NCBI RefSeq assembly: GCF_004010195.1
Contig: NC_057757.1
Span: 7,083,402 to 7,147,401 of the forward strand
Source of the DNA: Chiloscyllium plagiosum
Lineage: Eukaryota
DNA: 64,000 bases
Direction of reading: 5' to 3'
The notes below the pieces were generated by a model. The model saw nothing but the letters and a program-made list of their open reading frames with translations. It did no database searches and was not told the DNA's origin. The translations under genes and the position numbers were made by a program. This document shows positions 11,078 to 23,759 of the stretch, in pieces. Position 1 is the stretch's first letter; the number at the start of each line of letters is the position of its first letter.

Positions 11078-14000
11078 ATTTTAAGGTGAGAGGGGAAAGC
11101 TTTAAAAGGGACCTGAGGGGTAACCTCTTTGCCCCTGAATTGCCAGAACAGTGGTGGATGCAGGTACAGTTACAATATTCAAAAGACATTTGGACATGTA
11201 TGTGAATTATAGCATCATAGAATCATAGAGATGTACAACATGGAAACAGGCTTTTCGGTCCAACTCGTCCAAGCCGACCCCAATCTAGTCCCATCTGCCA
11301 GCACCCAGCCCATATCCCTCCAAACCCTTCCCACTCATATACCCATCCTGATGCCTTTTAAATGTTGCAATTGTACCTGCCTTCACTTCCTCTGGCAGCT
11401 CATTCCATACACGCACCACTCTCTGCATGAAAAAGTTACTCCTTAGGTCCCCATTATATCTTTCCCCTCTCACCCTAAACCTATACCCTCTAGTTCTGGA
11501 CTCTCCTACCCCAGGGAAAAGAATGTTTAAAGAGACATGAGCTAAATGCAGGAAAGTGGGACCAGTTGGTTGGCATGGACTGGTTGGACCGAAGAGTCTG
11601 TTTTCGTGTTGGATGACTCCGAGGCAACATGGGAGGAAGCTTCTCTCTATGCTTAGCATTCAGCCTCTGCAAACATTGAATGCCAGGCTATTTTAGACCC
11701 CTCCGGGTGATTTGCCAGGGCTCAGTGAGTTTTAATGCAGTTTTTTTAAGCAAGATGCGAGGATTATGACAGTCATTTTTTCCAACTCACTGCCTCCGTG
11801 CTATTTCAAACCATGTGTCTGTTCCTTGCAAGTTTAAAACAAGATTAGTAAGCAACACTTCAAAACCACCATTATCCGGATGCACTATAAACATCCACCC
11901 ACCTTGCCAGACAAGACATCAAATCTCAACCCCAGACAGGTTCAATACCTCCCCATTTAACAGCACTTTAGAGTTGGTGTGTGTGTCGGTGGGGAGGGGG
12001 AGGGGGGGGGAGATGGTGATTTGTAATTTTGGTTGCACTTTGTCACTGGAAGCTGGTGTGAAATCAAAAAGAGATATGGTTTTATATAAGACAACATAAA
12101 AGAGAGAGAATAAAGCTCTAATGCTCCACCAGGTGAAAGCCTCATGCTGTTGTTTAATAAGAAAAATAGAGCAAGCAATTTCTGGAGAGGTGGCATTGAA
12201 AAACAGAGAGGAAGGGTGCAGTTTAAATTGGTAGCGACTTTAAGATCAGGGAAATGGCCCATTTTTATTCGCTCAAGGAATGTGGGTGTCACTGGTTGGG
12301 CCAAATATTACTCCCCTATCCCACTGCCCTTCAAGGCATTGGTGGGGAGCTGCCATCTTGAATCGCTGCAGTCCAGATGGATGTTGAGATATTTCCAGCA
12401 GACGGGCCCAGACTTAGTGACTGTAGACTTGAGACGGTCGCTTAGGAATTCCAGTCAGAATTCAGGAGAATCTTCTCTACCAAAGCAGGCCTTATTACAG
12501 CTTTATCTTGCCTTATAAGCCATCCCTCTTCCCTACAGTTTGCAGAGTGTGTCTGGATAATGGGTGCACATAGGTTGCCAACCTCTGTTCCACGTCTTCC
12601 ATCCAACACTGATTCTCTGTTTTGTTTGAATTTATTGGAAGCATCACTTCCATGATGGTGGTGGAGTAGGAATCCAAGCTGGAGCTAGTCCACTCCATGA
12701 ATTATTTTATTTTATTTCCTCTCTATTTTTGCACCTTTTTGCTTTTTCTTTTTATCTTCTGTCCTCAGGTGGTGTCCAGGATGAAATCTAGTCCGGACTC
12801 CCAGCCTCAGTGTTGACTGGAACTCCTGGCCTCAGTGTGGACTGGAACTCCTGGCCTAAGGGTGGACTGGAACTCCAGGCCTCAGTGTGGACTGGAGCTC
12901 CTGGCCAAGGGTGAACTGGAACTCCTGGCCTCAGTGTGGGACTGGAACTCCTGGCGTCATTGTTGACTGGAACTCCCGGCCTCAGTGTGGACTGGAACTC
13001 CTGACCTCAGTGTGGACTGGAACTCTTGGCCTCAGTGTGGACTGGAACTCCTGGCCTAAGAGTCGACTGGAACTCCTGGCCTAAGAGTGGACTGGAACTC
13101 CCGGCCTAAGGGTGGACTGGAACTCCCGGCCTCAGTGTGGACTGGAACTCCTGGCCTAAGAGTGGACTGGAACTCCCGGCCTAAGAGCGGACTGGAACTC
13201 CCGGCCTAAGGGTGGACTGGAACTCCCGGCCTAAGAGTGGACTGGAACTCCCGGCCTAAGGGTGGACTGGAACTCCCGGCCTCAGTGTGGACTGGAACTC
13301 CCAGCCTCAGTGTGGACTGGAACTCCTGGCCTCAGTGTGGACTGGAGCTCCTGGCCTAAGGGTGTACTGGAACTCCTGGTCTCAGTGTGAACTGGAGCTC
13401 CTGGCCTCAGTGTTGACTGGAACTCCTGGCCTCAGTGTGGACTGGAACTCCCGGCCTCAGTGTGGACTAGAACTTCTGGCCTAAGAGTGGCCTGGAACCC
13501 CTGGCCTAAGAGCGGACTGGAACTCCCGGCCTAAGGGTGTACTGGAACTCCTAGTCTCAGTGTGAACTGGAACTCCTGGCCTAAGGGTGGACTGGAACTC
13601 CAGGTCTCAGTGTAGACTGGAGCTCCTGGCCTCAGTGTTGACTGGAACTCCTGGCCTCAGTGTGGACTGGAACTCCTGGCCTCAATGTGGACTGGAACTC
13701 CTGGCCTCAGTGTGGACTCGAACTCACAGCCTCAGTGTGGACCGGAACGCCCGGCTTCAGTGTGGACTGGAATTCCAGGCCTCAGTGCGGACTGGAACTC
13801 CAGGCCTCAGTGTTGACTGGAACTCCTGGCCTTAGTGTGGACTGGAACTCCCGGCCTCAGGGTGGACTGGAGCTCCAGGCCTCAGCGTGGACTGGAGCTC
13901 CAGGCCTCACCGTGGACTGGAACTCCTGGCCTCAGCGTGGAATCGAACTCCCAGCGTCAGCGTGGAATCGAACTCTCGGCCGTGGCATGGACTTAAACAC

Positions 14001-14924
14001 CTGGCCTCAGTGTGGACTGGAACTCCCGGCCTCAGTGTGGAATTGAACACCCGGCCTTAGCATGGACTCAAACTCCTGGCCTCAGCATGGACTCAAACTC
14101 CTGGCCTCAGCGTGGACAGGAACACTCAGCCTCAGCGTGGACTCGAACTCACAGCCTCAGTGTTGACTGGAACTCCCAGCCTCAGTGTTGACTGGAACTC
14201 CTGCCCTCTGCATGGAATTGAACACCCAGCCGCAGCATGGACAGGAACTCCCAGCCTCAGCATGGACTCAAAATCCAGGCCTCAGCATGGACAGGAACAC
14301 ACAGCCTGAGTGTGGAATTGAACTTCTGGCCTCAGCGTGGACAGGAACACACGGCCTGAGTGTGGAATTTAACTGCTGGCCTCAGCATGGACAGGAACTC
14401 CCGCCTCAGTGTGGACTGGAACTCTTGGCCTCAGCGCGGAATCGAACTCCCAGCGTCAGCATGGAATCAAACTCTTGGGGGTGGCATGGACTTAAACACC
14501 AGGCCTCAGTGTGGACTGAACTCGTGGCCTCAGCGTGGAATCGAACTCCCAGCATCAACGTGGAATCGAACTCTCGGCTGTGGCATGGACTTAAACACCT
14601 GGCCTCAGTATGGACTGGAACTCCCGGCCTCAGCATGGAATTGAACACCTGGCCTCAGCATGGAATGGAACACCCGGCCTCAGCATGGACTCAAACTCCC
14701 GGCCTCAGCATTGACAGGAACACCCAGCTTCAGCATGGACTAGAACTCCCCGCCTCAGTGTTGACTGGAACTCCTGGCCTCAGTGTTGACTGGAACTCCA
14801 GCCTCAATGTGGACTGGAACCCCTGGCCTCAGTGTGGAATCGAACTTCCAGTGTCAGCGTGGAATCGTACTCTTGGCCGTGGCATGGACTTAAACACCTG
14901 GCCTCAGTGTGGACTGGAATTCCA

Positions 14925-15150
14925 GGAGAAAGTGAGGACTGCAGATGCTGGGGATCAGAGCTTAGAAATGTGTTGCTGGAAAAGCGCAGCAGGTCAGGCA
15001 GCATTAAAGGAGAAGGAGAATCGACGTTTCGGGCATAAGCCCTTCTTCAGGAATGATGAGGGTGTGCCAAGCAGGCTAAGATAAAAGATAGGGAGGAGGG
15101 ACTTAGCCCGCTGGGCCCACCCTCCTCATTCCTGAAGAAGGGCTTATGCC
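14925..15150. mobile_element. Penelope pseudo-LTR pieces in inverted arrangement, within the 25-bp array, running into a gap
   Basis: 14925-15105 is the reverse complement of the Penelope tail seen at 35290-35433; attcctgaagaagggcttatgcc occurs in both orientations. Confidence 0.75.
15019..15054 (-). ncRNA. Minimal hammerhead ribozyme motif (Penelope type)
   Basis: Minus strand reads AUUC-CUGAAGA-A-GGGC-UUAU-GCCC-GAAA-CGUC-GAUU: intact CUGANGA and GAAA core, 4-bp stem II and GUC triplet; stem I is weak. Confidence 0.55.
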
Positions 15151-16752
15151 NNNNNNNNNNNNNNNNNNNNNNNNNNNNNNNNNNNNNNNNNNNNNNNNNN
15201 NNNNNNNNNNNNNNNNNNNNNNNNNNNNNNNNNNNNNNNNNNNNNNNNNNNNNNNNNNNNNNNNNNNNNNNNNNNNNNNNNNNNNNNNNNNNNNNNNNNN
15301 NNNNNNNNNNNNNNNNNNNNNNNNNNNNNNNNNNNNNNNNNNNNNNNNNNNNNNNNNNNNNNNNNNNNNNNNNNNNNNNNNNNNNNNNNNNNNNNNNNNN
15401 NNNNNNNNNNNNNNNNNNNNNNNNNNNNNNNNNNNNNNNNNNNNNNNNNNNNNNNNNNNNNNNNNNNNNNNNNNNNNNNNNNNNNNNNNNNNNNNNNNNN
15501 NNNNNNNNNNNNNNNNNNNNNNNNNNNNNNNNNNNNNNNNNNNNNNNNNNNNNNNNNNNNNNNNNNNNNNNNNNNNNNNNNNNNNNNNNNNNNNNNNNNN
15601 NNNNNNNNNNNNNNNNNNNNNNNNNNNNNNNNNNNNNNNNNNNNNNNNNNNNNNNNNNNNNNNNNNNNNNNNNNNNNNNNNNNNNNNNNNNNNNNNNNNN
15701 NNNNNNNNNNNNNNNNNNNNNNNNNNNNNNNNNNNNNNNNNNNNNNNNNNNNNNNNNNNNNNNNNNNNNNNNNNNNNNNNNNNNNNNNNNNNNNNNNNNN
15801 NNNNNNNNNNNNNNNNNNNNNNNNNNNNNNNNNNNNNNNNNNNNNNNNNNNNNNNNNNNNNNNNNNNNNNNNNNNNNNNNNNNNNNNNNNNNNNNNNNNN
15901 NNNNNNNNNNNNNNNNNNNNNNNNNNNNNNNNNNNNNNNNNNNNNNNNNNNAGGTGTAATCTAGGTAGCTGTGGGAGTCAGTTTGGAACTCCAGGCCTCA
16001 GTGTGGACTGGAACTCCCGGCCTTAGCATGGAATTGAACACCCGGCCTCAGCATGGACTCAAAGTCCTGGCCTCAGCATGGACAGGAACACCCAGCCTCA
16101 GCGTGGACTGGAACTCCCAGCCTCAGTGTTGACTGAAACTCCTGCCCTCTGCATGGAATTGAACACCCGGCCGCAGCATTGACAGGAACTCCCAGCCTCA
16201 GCATGGACTCGAACTCCTGGCCTCAGCATGGACAGGAACAAACGGCCTGAGTGTGGAATTGAACTCCTGGCCTCAGCATGGACTTGAACTCCTGGCCTCA
16301 GCGTGGAATTGAACTCCTGGCCCCAGTGTGGACCGGAACCCACAGCCTCAGTGTGGACTCGAACTCCCGACCCCGATGTGAAGCATGGCATGGTCTCGGA
16401 TGTAAGGACTGTTATTCTGAACTCTTATTTCTCTATTTTCCCAACTTACTGCTGGACATCTTATTTCTTTATTTTTCTAATTGGGTTCCCTAAGAATTTG
16501 TACTTTAGAATCTGTACCTAGGTTCCTTGGTACCTAGGATGGCACTGTAAGTGGCGACTTGTAAAATTTTCACTGTACTTATGTGCAGACATGTAACAAT
16601 AAAGCTAATTCTTTCCAATTCAATTCAGTTCAGTAAGGCTGCTCATTCCTTATCTCTAAGTAAGGTTCATCAATTACTTATGTGGTCCCACATTTTCTAA
16701 TGTACACGTGTACATAATAAGTTTTCTAATACACCTCTTTAATGCAATGCCT

Positions 16753-17325
16753 TTGTGCATGGGAAATCATGTCTCACAAACTTGATTGAGTTTTTTGAAG
16801 CAGTAACAAAGAGGATTGATGAGGGCAGAGCGGTAGGTATAATCTATATGGACTTCAGAAAGGCGTTCGACAAGATTCCCCATGGGGGACTGGTGAGCAA
16901 GGTTAGATCTCAACGGAATACAGGGAGAACTAGCCATTCGAATACAGAACTGGCTGAAAGGTAGAAGACAGAGGGTGGTTGAGGAAGGTTATTTTTCAGA
17001 CTGGAGGCCGGTGACCAGTGGAGTGCCACAGGGATCGGTGCTGAGTCCACTACTTTTCGTCATGTACATAAATTATTTGGATGTGAGCATAAGAGGTATA
17101 GTTAATAAGTTTGCAGATGACACCAAAATTGGAGGTGTAGTGGACAGTGAAGAAGGTTACCTCAGATTGCAACAGGATCTTGATCAGTGGGCCAATGGGC
17201 TGAGAAGTGGCATGGGTCGGGTGCTGACAGGTGGGACTAGAATGGGTTGGGATATCTGGTCTGCATGGATGGGTTGGACCGAAGGGTCTGTTTCCGTGCT
17301 GTAGCATCTCTATGACTCTATGACC
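16753..17325 (+). mobile_element. CR1 RT fragment with internal deletion and 3' tail
   Basis: [38 protein letters not shown] and FADDTK. Confidence 0.9.
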
Positions 17326-17486
17326 TCTCACTTCACACACTCATTCCAGTTTCGTCTCTCTTTCTGCTGTCTGAATCACGTGATCAGGTACAGTACCATG
17401 ATTTATATCAACCTTATTGTATCAACTACCTCAGAAAGCATTTGGGAGCCAATAGGATTGATACCATCAAGAGAAATCCAGTTAAG

Positions 17487-18385
17487 AACTTAAGAACTAG
17501 GAACAGGTGTAGGTCATCTGGCCCTTTGAGCCTGCTCCGCCATTTAATAAGATCGTGGCTGATCTTTTGTGGACTCAGCTCCACTTATCCACACTCTCAC
17601 TATAACCCCTAATTCCTTTACTGTTCATAAATCTATCTTTGCCTTGAAAACATTCAATGAGGTAGCCTCAACTGCTTCACTGGGCAGGGAATTCCACAGA
17701 TTCACAACCCTTTGGGCAAAGACGTTCCTCCTCTACTCAGTCCTAAATCTGCTCCCCCTTATTTTGAGGCTATGCCCCCTTGTACTCGTTTCACCCACCA
17801 ATGGAAACAATCTCCCTGCTTCTATCTTATCTATTCCCTTCATAATTTTATATGTTTCTATCAGGTTCCCTCTCATTCCTCTGCATTCTAATGATTATAG
17901 TCCCAGTCTACTTAATCTCTCTTTCTAGGTCAGCCCTATCACTCCAGGATCAACATAGTGAACCTCCTCTGCACCCCCTCCAGTGCCAGTATAATCTTTC
18001 TCCGATAAGGAGACCAAAACTGCACACAGTACTCCAGGTGTGGCCTCCCCACCATTCTGTACAGCTGCAGCATAACCTCCCTGGTTTTAAACTCCAACCG
18101 TCCAGAAATGAAGGACAATATCCCATTCTCTTCTTCATTACCTGCTGCACCTGCAGATCAACATGTGTGATCCATGCACAAAGACACCCAGGTCCCTCTG
18201 CAGAGTAGCATGCTGCAATTTTTCACCATTTAAATAATTGTCCATTTTGCTGTTATTCCTACCAAAATGGATGACCTCACATTGTACTCCATCTACCAGA
18301 CCCTTGCCCACTCACTGAACCTATCTATATCCCTCTGTAGACATTCAGTGTCTTCTGCATGCTTTGCTCTACCACTTATTTTAGT
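17487..18385 (-). mobile_element. CR1 LINE 3' fragment
   Basis: Reverse-strand ORF2 C-terminal remnants and (ttctaag)-type tail. Confidence 0.8.
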
Positions 18386-18387
18386 AC

Positions 18388-18683
18388 ATAGAATCCCTAC
18401 AGTGTGGAAACAGGCCATTTGGCCCATCAAGCTCCAAAGGGCATCCCTGAAACCCTGTATTTCCTATGGGGAATCCACTTAACCGAGATATCCGTGGAGA
18501 CTACAGGCATTTTAGTACCAAACCTGAACATCTTTGGACTGTGGGAGGAAATTGGAACAAACCCATGCAGAGAATGTACAGACTTCACACAGACAATGTG
18601 CAAATACCACACATTCAGTCATCTGAGGGTAGAATTGAACCCAGGACCCTGGCATTGTGAGGCAGCAATGCTAACCACTGTTC
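18388..18683 (-). mobile_element. Degenerate HE1-type SINE
   Basis: Reverse complement of head (gcagcaatgctaaccactg) and tail (gaatccctacagtgtggaaacaggcc). Confidence 0.7.
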
Positions 18684-18724
18684 ACGTGCCCATATCTATA
18701 TACTGTGAAAAGTATTGATATTGT

Positions 18725-20670
18725 TAGACTGACAGAAGATGGAGAGTTGCGAAAAAGGGGTCTTTTTCAGGATGGCAGCTGGTGCCTAGTGGAGTTCTAC
18801 AGGAAGCAATGTTGAGACAACTATTCATTTTATACATTAACGATCTGGATGAAGGAACTGAGGACATTGTTGCTAGGTTTGCAGATGACGCAAAGATCGA
18901 CGAAGGGACAGGTAATGTTGAGGAGGCAGGCAGGCTGCAGAAGGACATGGATAGACTAGAAGAGTAGGCAAAGTAGTGGCAGATGGAATACAATGTTGAG
19001 AAATGTGAGGGTAGACATTCTGGTAGAAAGAATAGAAGTTTAGACTATTTTCTAAATGGGAAAAAGGCTGTGGAAGTCACAAAGGGACTTGGGAATCTGG
19101 GTTTAGGACCATTTGCCGCAGCCATTTTGGCGCAAGCGATTTGGCGCGGCCTGTTTGGCGCAGCCCATTTTGCTGCAGACTCATTTCGGGGCAGAACTAT
19201 TTTGGCGCATCTTATATTTATTCCTTTTCAGGCTTAGTTAAAAGAAATAAAAATAAAAATAATGTTTATTCTCTTTAGTAAAATTATTAAAAAGAAAAAA
19301 AAGAAATAAGTTAATTACGAAAAATGTAAAATATGACGTTTATTCAAAATTATGGGCGATCCCTTGTAAATACTCAACATCATTTCTCTCACTAAATCTT
19401 CTTATGAGTGTTTGTATTCTAGTGTCTGCTTCCCTGAATTTCTTTAATGGTAGGCGTCCACTGCTCTTTCCAGTTGGAATGTGGAATTTATATGAAAGAA
19501 CTTTAAACAATGAGGATAGAACGAACAATCATGCAGAAGCTGCCCACAGGAGATTACAATCCAGTTAAATGGAAATTTATTGACAGTTTACAAAAAGTTC
19601 AGAGAGGAAGGGACATTTACTCTGAGCATCTCGTAGCAGGGCATGATATTCCGTTGAAGTTAAAGAAATTCAGGGCAGCAGACGCTAGAATACAAACACT
19701 TGTAAGAAGATTTAGTGAGAGAAATGATGTTGAGGGATTGCCCATAATTTTGAATAAACGTCATATTTTACATTTTTCGTGATTAACTTATTTCTTTTTT
19801 TTTCATTTTAACATTTTTACTAAAGAGAATAGACATTATTTTTATTTTTATTTCTTTCATTAATGCTTTTAACTAAGCCTGAAAAGGAATAAATATGAGC
19901 TGCGCCGAAATAGTTCTGCGCCTAAATGGGTCTGCGGCAAAATGGGCTGCGCCAAACAGGCCGCGCCAAATTGACCGCGCCAAAATGGCTGCGCCGAATG
20001 GTCCCACTCCGTGGGAATCCTAGATCAGGGTTCTCTTAAGATTAACATACAGGTTCAGTTGGCAGTTAGGAAGGCAAATGCAATGTCAGCATTCATTTCA
20101 AGAGGGCTAGAACGCAAGAACAGTGATGTACTGCTGAGGCTGTGTAAGACTCTGGGCATTTGGAAATTTGTGAGCAACTTTGGGCTCCATATCTCAGGAG
20201 GAAGATGCTGTGTTAGAGGGGGTCCAGAAGAGGTTTACAAGAATAATCCTGGGGATGAAAGGTATTTCATATGAGGAGCAGATGAGGACTCTGGGTCTGT
20301 ACTTAATGGGGTTTAAATGGATAAGTGGGGATCTGATAGAATACAGATAGGCCTGGGTAGAGTGGATATGGAGAAGATGTTTCCACCAGTAGGACAGACA
20401 GCCTCAGAATGAAGGGACAACCTTTTTGAACTGAGATGAGGAGAAATATCTTCAGCCAGATGGGAGGAGTCTGTGGAACTCATTGCTGTAGAGGGATGTG
20501 GAGGCCAAGTTGTTCAGTGTATTTAATAGGTTCTTGATTAGTAAGGAGATCAAAAGTTACAGGGAGAAAGCGGGAGAATGTGCTTGAGAAATGTATCAAC
20601 CATGATCGAATGATCGTGGAGTAGACTTGATGGGCCAAATAGCTTAATTCTGCTTCTACATCTTATGATC
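18725..20670 (+). mobile_element. CR1 LINE fragment split by the MULE insertion
   Basis: LYINDLDEG..RFADDAKI, then QVQLAVRKANAMSAFISRGLE after the insert; sequence rejoins across the TSD. Confidence 0.85.
19099..20011. mobile_element. Non-autonomous Mutator-like (MULE) foldback DNA transposon
   Basis: About 350-bp inverted arms (19099-19448 and 19660-20011) with subterminal ttt(t)ggcgc repeats; 9-bp TSD tgggaatct/tgggaatcc; internal transposase remnant PLLFPVGMWNLYERTLNNEDRTNNHAEAAHRRLQ...WKFIDSLQKVQ...YLQGIAHNF. Confidence 0.85.
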
Positions 20671-20684
20671 TTTTACACCCAGAT

Positions 20685-21245
20685 GGAGGGACAGACAGAG
20701 AAAGATGGAAAGAGACAGTGAGGGGGAAACAGAGAGAGAGAGACATGCAGACAGACAGGGAAAGAGAAAGAGAGAGATATAGAGTGGGAGAGAGAGAGAG
20801 AGATGTAGAGAGAGAGAGAGAGAGAGAGAGAGACGGTCCATCCACATCCTTCGGCAGCCTCCCTGCCTCCTCAACACTATCTATTCCTCCATCGATCTTT
20901 GTGTCATTTGTAAACTATATCAGAGACAGATATATGCAGAGGGAGAGACAGAAATAGAAAGAGAGAGTGTAACAGAAACAGAACGGACAGACAGACAGAG
21001 ACAGAGAGAGGGAGAGAGACTGACATATATAGAGAGAGTGATTGAGATAGAGGCAGAAGCAGAGGGAAAGGGAGTGACAGTGTCAGAAACGAGGAGAGAC
21101 ATAATGGAAGAGAGTGCAAATGACATACAGTGAGAGAGAGAGAGAAAGAGAGAGAGACAGTTAGAGATAGAGATGAGGGAGAAAGAATGGGCCAGCAACA
21201 AAATAAGAGAGTGACAGATAGAGCCGGAGAGAGACATGGAGAGGG
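20685..21245. repeat. GA-rich simple/low-complexity repeat
   Basis: (GA)n and GACA runs, with a short CR1 piece at about 20835-20915. Confidence 0.9.
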
Positions 21246-22465
21246 ACATTGGGCCAGAATTGTTACGCTGTGACATGTTGAGGATGAAGATCTGTCCTAT
21301 CTATTCCATCTCATTCCCATTACAACCAAAAGTGATTGACAGGCATTATAGCCTATGAATTGGTGAGTTGGGTGCAGGAAGGTCGGAGACTGGGTGGAGG
21401 TGAGGTCTAGTCTATGAGGAAGGTCCCGATGGCATGCTTAAATGGGCAGTGGTCTCCACTGGCTCTCAGAGTAGGCTGCAGAAGCATTCACTGCTTTATT
21501 CCAACATGATCATTACCAGAGTGAGTTGAAGAATAGAAATATGATGTCCTTGATCTGGCTGCAAATATTCTAAGGAATATTTACACAGTCTGCTGAAGAG
21601 AAGAAAAAAAAGTTATCTTTATTTGAGAAGTATCTCGCAGTGGCTTCATCCATGAGAGAGAGAGATCGTGTGACTGCATGTGTTCCTGAGCTGAGCTCTT
21701 TTGTACCTTGCGAGTTTTTCACACAATGGGGCGCCAGTTCCCAACTTCCCATGAAACCCACTCCCCAAAGGGGGGGGACCCCAACTCTTTTATTTTTATA
21801 CCTGTTCAGAGATGTTATTACACACCTCTGGAAGAGATGAGTCATGAACTGGGCCTCCAAGGTAGATACTATCACGACAACACAAGGATTCAACTTTTTC
21901 ATTTGAATAGCCACCACTGAAATGACCGTTTGAAGAATGGGGTGCAAAATCAATGGCTTTGGTGAGGGCATATGTGGGGAATGAGGAGAAATGGGACCCA
22001 CCTCTCTCTCAAAGCACGAACCTAGCCCCTTTTTTAAACAATATCATACCACTTTTATCATCTTCTAAGATCTGTGTCGCCAGGCAATTATTCTTCAGTT
22101 CGGCATTTTTGCTTCTACTGATCTCTTTTAGTTCCTCATTCTTGCCAGCCCTAGATTCTCCAGTATCAGCCAAAGTTTCTTTGTGCCATCATCCATAAAG
22201 ATGAGTTGAATTTGGCAAAACATCCAGAGCGAGGCAGTAGCTGGCGGTCTGACCTTGGCCCCTTGGTGAGTTCTCGATGTGGGACCAAAAGCAAGGCCAA
22301 GACCCCCAAAGCAGGTGGCGCCTGGCTCGGGGCTTTGGCGGTCCAAGATCCCAGGAATGAGCCCAACACGGAGATGGAAGTTCCCCCGATGCCTGCAGTG
22401 ATGACGAGAGAAGGGGAGACCAGGAGAAGTGGGCTGAAGTGGAGGAGCTTGTACACTTGTTGGAA

Positions 22466-22755
22466 GGTGGCTCAGTGGTTAGCACTGCAGCCTCACAGCA
22501 CCAGGGACCCGGGTTTGATTCTCAGCCTCGGGCAACTCTCTGTGTGGAGTTTGCACATTTTCCCTGTGCCTGCGTGGGTTTCCTCCGGGTGCTCCAGTTT
22601 CTTCCCACAATCTAAAGATGTGCAGGTCAGGTGAATTGGCCATGCTAAATTGTCCACACAGTTAGGAGCATTAATCAGAGGGAGCTAGGTCTGGGTGGGT
22701 TACTCTTCAGAGGGTCAGTGTGGACTTGTTGGGCCGAAGGGCCTGTTTCCACACT
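22466..22755 (+). mobile_element. HE1-type V-SINE
   Basis: Head, V-domain and tail. Confidence 0.88.
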
Positions 22756-23054
22756 TTTTTCCCAGTCTGTCAGAGATAATTTGCCTCTCTTACCTGCATA
22801 TTTTCCTTTGTTCAGACTTAAGACCCAAGTTTCTCATCAAACTACATGATTTTCAAAGTTAATGTAAAATTATTCCAAATTATGATCATTCTTCCTGAAA
22901 GATTACTACACAATGAGATTGTTAATTAGCACTTTCTCATTGCACAATAGCAGATCTAAAGTCATCATATTCTGGTTGATTCCTGAACATATTGTCCTCG
23001 AGCACCAGCTTGTATACATTCCAGAAATTTGTCCTACACGTGCTTTTTTTTATT

Positions 23055-23675
23055 GAACATAGAACAGCACAGGGCCTTTGGCCCACGACGTTGTGCCAAC
23101 CTCTTACCATACTCTAAGATCAAACTAACCTACACACCCTTCATTTTATTATCATCCTTGTACCTATCCAAGAGTTGCTTAAATGTCCCTAATGTATCAG
23201 ACTCTACTACCACTGCTTGCAGTGCATTCTATGTACTCACCACTCTCTGTGTAAAGAACCTCCCTCTGACATCTCCCCAGATCCTTCCTCCAATCACCTT
23301 AAAATTATGCCCTCTCATGATAGTCATTTCCAACCTGGGAAAAAGTCTCTCGCAATCCACTCCATCTATGCCTCTTATCATCTTGTACACCTCTAGCACG
23401 TCACCTCTCATCCTTCTTCATTCCAATGAAAAAAGCCCGAGCTCCGTCAACCTTTCTTCATAAGACACTCCCTCCAGTCCAGGCAGCATCCTGGTAAATC
23501 TCCTCTGCACCCGTTCTAAAGCTTCCACATCCTTCCTATAATGAGGCGACCAGAACTGAACACAATATTCCAAGTGTAGTCTAACCAGGGCTCTATAGAG
23601 CTGCAGCATAACTTTGTGGCTCTCAAACTCAATGCCCCTGCTAATGAAAGCCAAACTACCATATACCATCTTAAA
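23055..23675 (-). mobile_element. CR1 LINE 3' fragment
   Basis: LQLYRALVRLHLEYCVQFWSPHYRKDVEALERVQRRFTRMLPGL. Confidence 0.9.
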
Positions 23676-23759
23676 AATCCATTAAAATGTGGAAAAGGCA
23701 GGTATAAAAGGATGGAGTGAGTTATCGCTCAACATCTTGAATTCCCATTTGATTTTTTT

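Larger units (their letters stand above)
12795..16372. repeat. 25-bp minisatellite (gtgtggactggaactcctggcctca)n spanning a Penelope insert and a gap
   Basis: Directly visible tandem units; homogeneous to about 13930, then diverged variants with multi-unit repeats. Confidence 0.95.

Noticed and set aside
15146..15964. ORFs spanning N runs (also 54102-55023 and 57882-58290)
   Set aside because: Artefacts of assembly gaps.
12795..16372. CRISPR-like appearance and ORFs (e.g. 14185-15084) in the 25-bp array
   Set aside because: Units are head-to-tail with no unique spacers, there are no cas genes, and the context is vertebrate; the ORFs are repeat translations.
21570..22485. Overlapping ORFs of 66-143 aa
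   Set aside because: No recognisable domains or consistent splice signals; probably old repeat debris.
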